A stretch of DNA of 64,000 nt from Owenia fusiformis (taxonomy: Eukaryota), in the NCBI GenBank assembly GCA_903813345.2, contig CAIIXF020000001.1, positions 7,750,001 to 7,814,000 of the forward strand. The letters are read 5' to 3'. Shown here piece by piece: positions 38,400 through 49,343 of this stretch. The translations under genes and the position numbers were made by a program. Position 1 is the first letter of the stretch. Each line of letters begins with the position of its first letter. The notes under the pieces were generated by a model. That model had not been told where the DNA came from and made no database searches. It saw only the letters and a program-made list of their open reading frames with translations.

Positions 38400-39597
38400 G
38401 TAAGTTCTATGATTGGACCCCCACATGTAAATTGTAAATACGATTTTCAAATACACGATTCTCATATTAAAATAAACAGGACAATTTTTCTTTGTTAAAG
38501 CTTGGATAACTAGATTGGTAGAATCGAATAAGTTCAATTCAAGACTCCAGATTAAGACATTTTATCATAAACAATCCCAGACTTTGTTGAAAAGACCGAA
38601 AAGAACCTATAGACATGATTTATTTATAAGAAAATAATTGAATTTAAAAGAGATAATTCTAAAAGTAATGAAATTGACCTAGCTTTTGATTTTTGGTACT
38701 CAAAAGGGTCATGTGCAGTATGGCAGGTGATTTTGGAAAGCTGTATTTTTGATCAAGGGTATATTTCGACCATACATAGAACATTATATATTAAAACAAT
38801 ATCTTAACTTCAACAAAACTGCATAAATAGAATATGTTGAAGACTAGTACTGCCACGGAGTCTCCTTCCGGCCTGTTTGATTATTTGGCGTCTGTACCTT
38901 ACGTTTTGTTAGTTACATTGATAGATAGATCTACTGATCTATACTAGCTTATTGGATATGACTTTTTAAAATCCAGTTTATGATATATCTGGAAAGTTTC
39001 AATAGTTCAATCATGGGCTTTCAACTAGATGGTTCAATCAAATTGAAGTAATTCTGTAATTGTTCTGTTTCAATGTTAAATGCATCTGACCCCCTGTCTG
39101 TTAGTGTTATGAAAAATATGTTGTCTGCATTATTAGGGTTATCTGTGAATTGAGTAAGTTCAATAGGACAACATACATTCGAGTTGACAACATACACTTA
39201 TGATTTTTTAAATTATAGCCAAAATTTGCTGTTTAAAGAAACATATTCTCATAAAAATCTTCGACACTCTTAGACGACTGGGGAGGAAATGATCAAAGAA
39301 AATGTGAAAAAACACAACATTTTCCAACCAACTAATTATATGGGTAGATTGACTACAAAAAAATCGAGCACTATTCGAAAATCTTTTAACTAAGTTAAAT
39401 GTCTTCCTAAACAAACACACAAAAAATCAAACATGAAATCCTTAATGCATTCCTCAGATTATTTCTTTAAAACCTACATCATTGCAAACCTACATCTTTG
39501 TCTTTGCTTCAAATCTGTTAAATAGTGACAGTGTACATCTAAAGTGTACTACGGTTTATTTTGTCACTGTACCTTGTTGATGGTTAGGCGTGATATA

Positions 39598-40097
39598 NNN
39601 NNNNNNNNNNNNNNNNNNNNNNNNNNNNNNNNNNNNNNNNNNNNNNNNNNNNNNNNNNNNNNNNNNNNNNNNNNNNNNNNNNNNNNNNNNNNNNNNNNNN
39701 NNNNNNNNNNNNNNNNNNNNNNNNNNNNNNNNNNNNNNNNNNNNNNNNNNNNNNNNNNNNNNNNNNNNNNNNNNNNNNNNNNNNNNNNNNNNNNNNNNNN
39801 NNNNNNNNNNNNNNNNNNNNNNNNNNNNNNNNNNNNNNNNNNNNNNNNNNNNNNNNNNNNNNNNNNNNNNNNNNNNNNNNNNNNNNNNNNNNNNNNNNNN
39901 NNNNNNNNNNNNNNNNNNNNNNNNNNNNNNNNNNNNNNNNNNNNNNNNNNNNNNNNNNNNNNNNNNNNNNNNNNNNNNNNNNNNNNNNNNNNNNNNNNNN
40001 NNNNNNNNNNNNNNNNNNNNNNNNNNNNNNNNNNNNNNNNNNNNNNNNNNNNNNNNNNNNNNNNNNNNNNNNNNNNNNNNNNNNNNNNNNNNNNNNN
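39598..40097. other. Assembly gap (500 N)
   Basis: Run of exactly 500 N. Confidence 0.99.
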
Positions 40098-42216
40098 TGG
40101 ATATTTAGCCATTTGGCCAGAGATGTTATTGGCGTCCAGGGAGAGCTGCTAGGGAGATTGCAGTCTAGAGGCGCTTAGAGGACGTTTGTCAGAGTTTGTG
40201 AGTGTTAATCTAGTTTTATAATTCCTTTTTTGTGATAGAATTGAAAGGTTTTAACTCGATTCTTTGTAATTCAGCGTTGATGTTGGCGGTTGCATCATAC
40301 AGTTCCCACAATCCCTTGAAAGCCCGCCATCTTGAATGACTTCCGGTCCACGTGTAATTCCGCCATCTTGGATGACTTCCGGTCCACGTGTAGTTCAAGT
40401 CTAATCTCAGGTTTACTCCTCGGTATCTACCAGTGAGCTCAGAGTACTTGTTACTCTAAGCAGAACTACCAGAGAGTAAGCCAAGAGTAATCTGTGAGTT
40501 CGGAGAGTAACCTGGACCAGAGGAGTAAATGGCAGTGGCTAGGAGTAAAGAAGAATAGTGGGAGTAAAACCTTAGCAGATGACAGACGACTAAATCACGT
40601 TTACTCATTGGCCTTACAGTATCTACCAGTGAGCTTAGAGTACTTGTTACTCTAGGCAGAACTACCAGAGAGTAAGCTAAGAGTAATCTGTGAGAACGAG
40701 GAGTAAAGAACCGTGGTCGGGAGTAAAGAAGAGTAACTCGGGCTGAAGAAGAGTAATCCTGAGTAACCAGAACAGAGGAGAGAGCACAGCAGAGCGGCGA
40801 AGAGTAACTCGGGCTGAAGAAGAGTAATCCTGAGTAACCAGAACAGAGGAGAGAACACAGCAGAGCGGCGAAGAGTAAAGAAGAGTAACTCGGGCTGAAG
40901 AAGAGTAATCCTGAGTAACCAGAACAGAGGAGAGAGCACAGCAGAGCGGCGAAGAGTAAAGAAGAGTAACTCGGGCTGAAGAAGAGTAATCCTGAGTAAC
41001 CAGAACCGAGGAGAGAGTAAAGTAGAGCAGAGTAAAGCAGAGCAGAGTAAAGCAGAGCAGAGTAAAGCAGAGCAGAGTAAAGAGTAGCAGAGCAGAACAG
41101 AGTAAAGAGTAGCAGAGCAGAACAGAGTAAAGAGTACAGCAGAGACGAGAACAGAGTAAAGAGTAAGCAGAGCAGAATAAAGAGTAACCAGAGCAGAAAA
41201 GAGTAAAGAGTAAGCAGATCAGAGCGGAATAAAGAGTAACCAGAGCAGAATAAAGCAGAGCAGAGCGGAGTAAAGAGTAAGCAGAGCAGTGCAGAGTAAA
41301 GAGTAAGCAGAGCAGAACAAAGTAAAGCAGAGTGGATAGCAGAGACGAGGGTAGAGCAAAGAGTATACCAGAGCAGAACAGAGTAAAGAGTAAGCAGAGC
41401 AGATTAAAGAGTAAGCAGAGCAGATTAAAGAGTAAGCAGAGCAGTACAGAGTAAAGGGAAGCAGAGCAGTGCAGAGTAGTGAGTAAGCAGAGCAGTGCAG
41501 AGCAAAGAGTAAACAGAGTTGAACAGAGTAAACAGAGTTGAACAGAGTAAAGCAGAGTGGATAACAGAGACGAAAGTAAAGCAGAGCAGAACAGAGTAAA
41601 GAGTAATCAGAGCAGAATAGAGTAAAGAGTAAGCAGAGCAGAGCAGAACAGAGTAAAGCACAGTGGAAAGCAGAGACGAGGGCAGAGTAAAGAGTAAGCA
41701 GAGCAGAACAAAGTAAAGCAGAGCAGAGTAAAGCAGAGCCGAGACCATAGCAGAGTAGAGAGTAAAGAAGAGCAGAATATTGAGAGACAAGACCAGGGCA
41801 TATTAGAGAGCAATTCAGAGCAGCGTAAGCAGATCAGAGTAGAACAGAGCAGAGTGAAAGTAAAGCAGAGTAAATCAAGGCAGAGAACAGAAGAGTAAAG
41901 CAGAGTAACCCCTGAGCAGAGTGAAGAAGAGTAAAGCAGAGCAGAGTACAAACGAGAGAAGGGCAACAAGACAACTCAGAGTTAATTATTACATGGACAT
42001 TTGTGTTTTATTTGTTTTCAAAATTATAGTGTTAATAAATTATAAAAACTGTATATCTGTATTTTGTATGCATATGTGTAACCACCTCCCCTTTCAGTGA
42101 AAGCAGTACCACCAAACCAGGTCTGCGCCCACATAAGACCAGTGAGAATCCCATAATAAATAAATTGTTCGTGACCCGACCACAACCACACTACCAGATT
42201 TTGGCCAGGTCCGACA
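40098..42216 (+). repeat. 5' LTR (first ~640 bp lost at the gap)
   Basis: Aligns with 46328-48430 and ends ...ggtccgaCA. Confidence 0.92.
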
Positions 42217-42217
42217 T

Positions 42218-42235
42218 TGGTGGCAGTGGTGGGAT
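42218..42235 (+). promoter_or_regulatory. Primer-binding site complementary to the tRNA-Leu 3' end
   Basis: tggtggcagtggtgggat lies one base after the LTR. Its reverse complement atcccaccactgccaCCA matches the tRNA-Leu(TAG/AAG)-type 3' end. Confidence 0.85.
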
Positions 42236-42272
42236 TATTTGCTGACGGGGAACAAAGACTTAAGAGAAGAAA

Positions 42273-45260
42273 ATGGCTTCTAAACAAGAAGAAGGGCCTG
42301 ATGGTATAGTCTCCAGGATGGAAGGAGGACAACAGGAAGAGGAGTCTGCAGACAACACTGTGTTCTTCAAGGGGGACTACACCCAAGTGGACATGGAGCT
42401 AGATGATACAGTGCCAGGGATGTGTGGAGTAGATTCCACAAGAGAAGTGGAAGAAAATCCTGAAGGAGCAAGGTCCAAGACGAGTTATATGGTACCGGGA
42501 GTAAGGTATGGGATGACGCCATCGAGAGGCTTTCCTTTAACTTCGACTGTGCTGGAGGGAAGATCTCCGGGGGCTACCATGCCAACGGAACAGGAGTTAC
42601 CGAGTCAGCAACTCCAGATGTCTGTGTTACGCAGCCAGATGAAGGCACAAGCACAGCAAAACAGAACTTTGTATGAAGACTTGAGAAGAGAAGTGTACTC
42701 AGGGCAGGAAGACCTTCGAAGAGAACTACATTTGAGTCAAGGAGAGATACAGAAACAGATAGAGAGGCTGAATACAATCCAACAAGAGGCGCAACAAGAA
42801 TTCAAGAGCTTCCTGTCTGAAATAGTACAGCGCCTCCCTGCTGCTAAAGTTGACAGTCGCTTGACTCCTGAGAACTTGGAGAAGAAGCAAATGATGAGTA
42901 GTAGAAATACGGTGACTGCAAACTTGGAGCCAGAGCAAAAGAGTAGAGTAAGTTCACCGGCCCATGGAGAAGTGTGCTCTGGAATTTATATGAAGAAACC
43001 CTCACTACAGAGACAAGATGGATACAGTGGGAAAGAGTTGGCATCACATCTCAAGAGGGCATGGGTACCAGATACCAAGATGGGGGGTAACAGAGGGTCG
43101 GTATCAAAGGAGCGCCGGACAGGTTCCCATGAGCCATTGAGAGAGCCGGGAAGGTCTACTCCATTACTCCCTGCAGAGAGACAGAAGAGTACAGAACACA
43201 TCTCTAGGGCGCAGATGTCCCAGGGAGGAGATGGGGAGTACTATGTTACTGGAGACGTTGACAAGGGTTGGCAAAGGAGTAGATGCCATCTGCAACAGCA
43301 CTCTGCAGAGTCATATCTTGGACAGCTGGATGAAAAAAAACAAGATGATCTCAGGGATCATGCACCTGGCCTAGATGTGGATGAAGATAATGGAATAAGG
43401 CATCAGTCCAGAGGACTTTTAGATGAAATTGGTCCAAGACAGCGTTCAATAATGCAGGAAGATTCCCAGCCGAGTGGAAAGGTAGAAGAGGAGTCAAGTA
43501 CAATGCTCATGGCCAAGATGGTGGAAATGTGTTCAAAGTTGATAGAGTCTACCAAGAATCCTAATTCTCGAACAAGAATAAAGCCCACACAGACCTTTGA
43601 TGGCAGTGTGTCATGGGAAGATTACAGGGCCTACTTTGCCACCTGTGTGGAAAACAATGGTTGGACTCAGCAAGAGAAGAGGCAATATTTGGCAACAAAC
43701 CTCAGAGGAGATGCACAGCAGTTGGTCCTGGAGCTTGATGAAGGATACTCCTATGAAGATTTACTCCTGGCATTGGAAAAGAGGTTTGGCCCTGGTGGGA
43801 AGGCGGATGTCTATGAGGCTGAGCTATGCAGTCGCACCAGGAAGCCAAAAGAATCTCTTCAGAGTCTGGGACAAAGCATTCGACGCTTGACTACACTAGC
43901 CTACCCAGAGATGAGCAAGAAGGCCCAAGACCGTCTGGCCAGAAGAAGCTTCGAACAAGCCATACCAGATGATGACCTACGACAGGCCATTCACAGAAAG
44001 GACCCAGAAACCCTTGACAAAGCTATTGAAGTAGCTATAAAAGAAGAAAGCTACCAAGAGTCTGAGAGGATCCGAAGAGGCCTCAGACAAAAGAGAGATC
44101 ACAAAATCTTGCGGGTTGATGAGGAAGCTGATAGAAGTACTACATTGGAGCAAACCCTAAAGCTAATGGAGCAGAAGCTTGAAGCAATGAGTAAAGAAAT
44201 AGATGGCATCACAAACAGAGGATCTTCAAAACGTGTATTCACCTGTAGAAAGTGCTGGGAGGAGGGACATATCATCAGATGGTGTCCTATGATAACCTGT
44301 TACAATTGTAACCAACCTGGACATTTGTCATATGACTGCTCATTACCAGAGAAACCAAGAAGAGAGATGCATCCAGCGGCCAGAGACAACATAAACTCTA
44401 TGAGTTCTGTGAGGTTCTTGGCTGATTTCAAGACCCGAGAGGAGAAGAATACAACACCTGATGAAGAGGAAATTATGCTGTGTTCCTCCAGCCAAACACA
44501 GAAGAGAAATTGTTTACTAAAGAGTAAGCATACTCAGAGCAGGGATTTGGAGCAGAGGAAGAAGGAGGTGTTGTCTACTCCAAGTAACCAGCTTCAAGAG
44601 AGTAATTTCAAAAGTTGTACTATTGGGAAGCCACCTCAAGTGAGAAATGTGAGGAGAGTTACTTATGAGGGTAGCAAGGAAAGAGGAGTGCCTAATCGGA
44701 GTAAGAGGTTGCAGAGGAGTAAAAGAACACAACCTCCTAGAAGTTATAACCCGAAGAGTGATATGAAGAAGGTTACTCCAGCTTCTGAGTCTGTAAGGAG
44801 TGATTATGATGATTCTACTCATAGAGGCCCCCAAAAGAGTAGAAGAGTGGAACCCTGTCAGAGATGGATGTTCAACAGGAGAAGAGCCAATGGTTGGATG
44901 AATAGAGAAGATGACTTGGGGAAGAGTAAAGATTCTAAGAGTAAGAAGATGCCATCCAATGGGGAAGAAGGGATATTTTCTGTCCATGGATCCTTGGTGA
45001 GTGATAGAATAGAGTCTGTTTTTAGGAGAGGTGTGGCGATGAGTAAGATGGAGATGCCAAGTTTGAAAAGTGAAGGGATTGGACTTACTCAGAAGAATAA
45101 GGAAGGAAGAGCAAGAGACTACCGAGATGGAAGGACAAGATCTCCAAGGTCCATCAAAAGAGCTAGGGGTCACTATGAGTACTCAGACCATAGGAACAGA
45201 AACTTCCGTCCCAGCCAGTTGTGTGTGCACATAGAGAGTGATAAGTTTATGAACTCTTAA
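42273..45260 (+). CDS. gag: 995-aa Gag-like protein: N-terminal coiled coil, capsid-like domain, two CCHC knuckles, basic low-complexity tail
   Basis: KPTQTFDGSVSWEDYRAYF...NGW...LATNLRGDA...LEKRFG is an invertebrate Gypsy capsid pattern. Zinc knuckles are CRKCWEEGHIIRWC and CYNCNQPGHLSYDC. No D(T/S)G protease or RT/IN motifs follow the knuckles. Confidence 0.88.
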   Translation: MASKQEEGPDGIVSRMEGGQQEEESADNTVFFKGDYTQVDMELDDTVPGMCGVDSTREVEENPEGARSKTSYMVPGVRYGMTPSRGFPLTSTVLEGRSPGATMPTEQELPSQQLQMSVLRSQMKAQAQQNRTLYEDLRREVYSGQEDLRRELHLSQGEIQKQIERLNTIQQEAQQEFKSFLSEIVQRLPAAKVDSRLTPENLEKKQMMSSRNTVTANLEPEQKSRVSSPAHGEVCSGIYMKKPSLQRQDGYSGKELASHLKRAWVPDTKMGGNRGSVSKERRTGSHEPLREPGRSTPLLPAERQKSTEHISRAQMSQGGDGEYYVTGDVDKGWQRSRCHLQQHSAESYLGQLDEKKQDDLRDHAPGLDVDEDNGIRHQSRGLLDEIGPRQRSIMQEDSQPSGKVEEESSTMLMAKMVEMCSKLIESTKNPNSRTRIKPTQTFDGSVSWEDYRAYFATCVENNGWTQQEKRQYLATNLRGDAQQLVLELDEGYSYEDLLLALEKRFGPGGKADVYEAELCSRTRKPKESLQSLGQSIRRLTTLAYPEMSKKAQDRLARRSFEQAIPDDDLRQAIHRKDPETLDKAIEVAIKEESYQESERIRRGLRQKRDHKILRVDEEADRSTTLEQTLKLMEQKLEAMSKEIDGITNRGSSKRVFTCRKCWEEGHIIRWCPMITCYNCNQPGHLSYDCSLPEKPRREMHPAARDNINSMSSVRFLADFKTREEKNTTPDEEEIMLCSSSQTQKRNCLLKSKHTQSRDLEQRKKEVLSTPSNQLQESNFKSCTIGKPPQVRNVRRVTYEGSKERGVPNRSKRLQRSKRTQPPRSYNPKSDMKKVTPASESVRSDYDDSTHRGPQKSRRVEPCQRWMFNRRRANGWMNREDDLGKSKDSKSKKMPSNGEEGIFSVHGSLVSDRIESVFRRGVAMSKMEMPSLKSEGIGLTQKNKEGRARDYRDGRTRSPRSIKRARGHYEYSDHRNRNFRPSQLCVHIESDKFMNS

Positions 45261-45673
45261 TTTAGTTGCACTGATAGATCGGTGTTTACAGATTGAGGAG
45301 TAAATGTTAAAATGGGTATATTTAAAGACATTTAGTGATGTAGTTGTATATGAACAGTGATAGACAGGAGTATATAAGTAATTTTAAGATGTTTGCTTGT
45401 ATCACATGTGCATTTGTACAAATATTAGTGGTAAAGGAGCAGTTTTATTTAGAAACCTGTAGTTTATTGTTATTTTAATATGTGATATTTATATGAAGAG
45501 ATATTTAAGCTTTTTGAGTTAATGTAAGGTGATGATGAGTAATTGTAACATCATACACTCCGAGATGTTAAATGTTTGAATATGTTGTTTTTGTAGTTCA
45601 TAGAATTGTGGATTAAGAAAGTTGGTTACTCATTAGTTGAGTTAAGAGTAGCAATGCGAGGGCGCATTGAGTT

Positions 45674-45684
45674 AAGATGGGGGG
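45674..45684 (+). promoter_or_regulatory. Polypurine tract
   Basis: aagatgggggg immediately before the TG start of the 3' LTR. Confidence 0.75.
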
Positions 45685-45686
45685 TG

Positions 45687-48430
45687 TGTGGGAAATTTAG
45701 AAATTCCCCACTTATTTTTTTTTTTTTAATTAAAATGTAATAATATTTGGTGAAGTAAGAAGTTTATATTTATGTCAGTAAAACTTCATGTACTGTGAGC
45801 GAGTTAAGGAGTAACCTAGGAGTAACCATAAACTCAGTGAGTAAGTTGGGAGTAGGAGTAAGAGTAACCTTACTCTTTGCTTGTGCAGGAACCCTTGTCC
45901 TAGAATTGGTCAACCCATAGGAGAAATATGCCACATGGTTATGAGTCACCAGGAATTAGAGGCTACTTGATTGACATTGCTATGGTGATTTCCCACAATG
46001 CATCACCAAATGGAGTAAACACACCAGCTCAGTCCAGCTGCAGCCAATCAGATAGCTTCCCTATGCATCTCATTAGTCAGGTGAGACAGGAGATAATCTG
46101 ATCACCTGATGTTAGTCTAGCTCAAGAAGTTGAAGTGTGAGGACCTGTAGTGTCATTTTACAGAAGCTGGCTCAAGAAGTTGATGGAAGATTGTGATTTT
46201 CCTGGTGGAATTGATGTCAATTCAAGGAGTGTTGAACTCTCAAAAGGAGGATAGAGTTTAACCAAGTGACGGACGAAGTTTATTGGATTATTTCACACTG
46301 TTTGTGGCTGAAACAGACAGTGACACGTGGATATTTAGCCATTTGGCCAGAGATGTTATTGGCGTCCAGGGAGAGCTGCTAGGGAGATTGCAGTCTAGAG
46401 GCGCTTAGAGGACGTTTGTCAGAGTTTGTGAGTGTTAATCTAGTTTTATAATTCCTTTTTGTGATAGAATTGAAAGGTTTTAACTCGATTCTTTGTAATT
46501 CAGCGTTGATGTTGGCGGTTGCATCATACAGTTCCCACAATCCCTTGAAAGCCCGCCATCTTGAATGACTTCCGGTCCACGTGTAATTCCGCCATCTTGG
46601 ATGACTTCCGGTCCACGTGTAGTTCAAGTCTAATCTCAGGTTTACTCCTCGGTATCTACCAGTGAGCTCAGAGTACTTGTTACTCTAAGCAGAACTACCA
46701 GAGAGTAAGCCAAGAGTAATCTGTGAGTTCGGAGAGTAACCTGGACCAGAGGAGTAAATGGCAGTGGCTAGGAGTAAAGAAGAATAGTGGGAGTAAAACC
46801 TTAGCAGATGACAGACGACTAAATCACGTTTACTCATTGGCCTTACAGTATCTACCAGTGAGCTTAGAGTACTTGTTACTCTAGGCAGAACTACCAGAGA
46901 GTAAGCTAAGAGTAATCTGTGAGAACGAGGAGTAAAGAACCGTGGTCGGGAGTAAAGAAGAGTAACTCGGGCTGAAGAAGAGTAATCCTGAGTAACCAGA
47001 ACAGAGGAGAGAGCACAGCAGAGCGGCGAAGAGTAACTCGGGCTGAAGAAGAGTAATCCTGAGTAACCAGAACAGATGAGAAAACACAGCAGAGCGGCGA
47101 AGAGTAAAGAAGAGTAACTCGGGCTGAAGAAGAGTAATCCTGAGTAACCAGAACAGAGGAGAGAGCACAGCAGAGCGGCGAAGAGTAAAGAAGAGTAACT
47201 CGGGCTGAAGAAGAGTAATCCTGAGTAACCAGAACCGATGAGAGAGTAAAGTAGAGCAGAGTAAAGCAGAGCAGAGTAAAGCAGAGCAGAGTAAAGAGTA
47301 GCAGAGCAGAACAGAGTAAAGAGTAGCAGAGCAGAACAGAGTAAAGAGTACAGCAGAGACGAGAACAGAGTAAAGAGTAAGCAGAGCAGAATAAAGAGTA
47401 ACCAGAGCAGAATAGAGTAAAGAGTAAGCAGATCAGAGCGGAATAAAGAGTAACCAGAGCAGAATAAAGCAGAGCAGAGCGGAGTAAAGAGTAAGCAGAG
47501 CAGTGCAGAGTAAAGAGTAAGCAGAGCTGAACAAAGTAAAGCAGAGTGGATAGCAGAGACGAGGGTAGAGCAAAGAGTATACCAGAGCAGAACAGAGTAA
47601 AGAGTAAGCAGAGCAGATTAAAGAGTAAGCAGAGCAGATTAAAGAGTAAGCAGAGCAGTACAGAGTAAAGGGAAGCAGAGCAGTGCAGAGTAGTGAGTAA
47701 GCAGAGCAGTGCAGGGCAAAGAGTAAACAGAGTTGAACAGAGTAAACAGAGTTGAACAGAGTAAAGCAGAGTGGATAACAGAGACGAAAGTAAAGCAGAG
47801 CAGAACAGAGTAAAGAGTAATCAGAGCAGAATAGAGTAAAGAGTAAGCAGAGCAGAGCAGAACAGAGTAAAGCACAGTGCAAAGCAGAGACGAGGGCAGA
47901 GTAAAGAGTAAGCAGAGCAGAACAAAGTAAAGCAGAGCAGAGTAAAGCAGAGCCGAGACCATAGCAGAGTAGAGAGTAAAGAAGAGCAGAATATTGAGAG
48001 ACAAGACCAGGGCATATTAGAGAGCAATTCAGAGCAGCGTAAGCAGATCAGAGTAGAACAGAGCAGAGTGAAAGTAAAGCAGAGTAAATCAGGGCAGAGA
48101 ACAGAAGAGTAAAGCAGAGTAACCCCTGAGCAGAGTGAAGAAGAGTAAAGCAGAGCAGAGTACAAACGAGAGAAGGGCAACAAGACAACTCAGAGTTAAT
48201 TATTACATGGACATTTGTGTTTTATTTGTTTTCAAAATTATAGTGTTAATAAATTATAAAAACTGTATATCTGTATTTTGTATGCATATGTGTAACCACC
48301 TCCCCTTTCAGTGAAAGCAGTACCACCAAACCAGGTCTGCGCCCACATAAGACCAGTGAGAATCCCATAATAAATAAATTGTTCGTGACCCGACCACAAC
48401 CACACTACCAGATTTTGGCCAGGTCCGACA
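45687..48430 (+). repeat. 3' LTR, ~2.74 kb, with internal purine-rich tandem repeats
   Basis: TGtggg...ccgaCA ends (the start could be 45685). Contains ~70-80-bp units and an AGAGT/AGAGC-based array (~46960-48170). Confidence 0.9.
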
Positions 48431-48873
48431 GTATGTATGAACACAAGATAGTCACTGCGATAAATTAACAACCAGTAACTACTACTTTCCCCATGTCACA
48501 TGTTGATCTTCCCAGTAGAATATATAAGTTCTAATTCGTTCTAGATAAGTTCCAATGAGTGACATCAAGTTAAATCTTAGTTTTGCTCTTACAACCCGTC
48601 ACAGAAATACCATTCTGGATGATCACAAAATGTAATGTTTGGCGATTTTAACATATTGTAGTAATTATTTAGGAACTAAATTAAATGGTAACCATCATCA
48701 GGCCTCGATATGCTATCAAATGGTGTCTTCTGATTGCTGAATGAATGATGGAAGTGTATTATTTAAGTCATTGGCAATTATAAAGGAATGGAAACAAAAC
48801 TTCCTTCAAAGCCAATTTTGGATATTTTCTATGAATTACTCTACGAGCTTATACGTAAACATCTCAATTTCAG

Positions 48874-49077
48874 CTGGAGGCACGATGTTCTTTGAAAGAA
48901 GACTCGGATGTTTACACGACAACAGAAACCCAGAAATAACAGAATTTATCAAAAGTATTCGTAATATCTTAACGGGTAGCGACGTGTTTTTCTTCCTTTC
49001 TCCTCAACTTGCGAAAACTCTGAGACTACCTGCGTGGAAACAATTGGAGCAAACCTTGGACACCATGTTCCGTATTT
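48874..49077 (+). CDS. Internal exon of a mitochondrial-clan cytochrome P450 (CYP27/CYP24-like)
   Basis: tttcag|...|gtaagt, phase 1-1, 204 nt. Translates GGTMFFERRLGCL...EFIKSI...PAWKQLEQTLDTMF, matching the FE(K/R)RLGCL E-F-G helix region of mitochondrial CYPs. Confidence 0.75.
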
Positions 49078-49343
49078 GTAAGTTGACCTTAGAACTCCAA
49101 AACATCGTTGACAAGTTGAACAAAGATGATACACAGTACACACCTATTTCTTCTCTGATCAAATGGTCTGCCACAAATGCTGGTTTAAACGGACAAAAAC
49201 CATGATAATATGATGTATCATTGTTTTATTTTATGTCACCCACATTTCTTAACATGAGAACGTATGTGTCTCTGCGTGCTCTATGTTGATGGTTTTAATT
49301 TCATTTTAATTTCATTAAGATACATAGATCCGGGAAACCCATT

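Larger units (their letters stand above)
40098..48430 (+). mobile_element. Gag-only (pol-less) Ty3/Gypsy-type LTR retroelement
   Basis: Two near-identical LTRs, a PBS, a single Gag ORF and a PPT. The ~3.47-kb internal region has no room for pol. The 5' end is cut by the gap. Confidence 0.9.

Noticed and set aside
40725-41010. Regularly spaced repeats superficially like a CRISPR array
   Set aside because: The units are contiguous tandem copies with no unique spacers, there are no cas genes and the context is eukaryotic.
44517-45173. 218-aa antisense ORF overlapping the gag tail
   Set aside because: Low-complexity sequence, plausibly a by-product of the purine-rich sense strand. No recognisable domain.
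40652-48183. Leu/Ser/Cys/Tyr-rich minus-strand ORFs in both LTRs resembling membrane proteins or an env gene
   Set aside because: They are translations of the pyrimidine-rich strand of the AGAGT/AGAGC array. They are open in several frames and have no domain structure.
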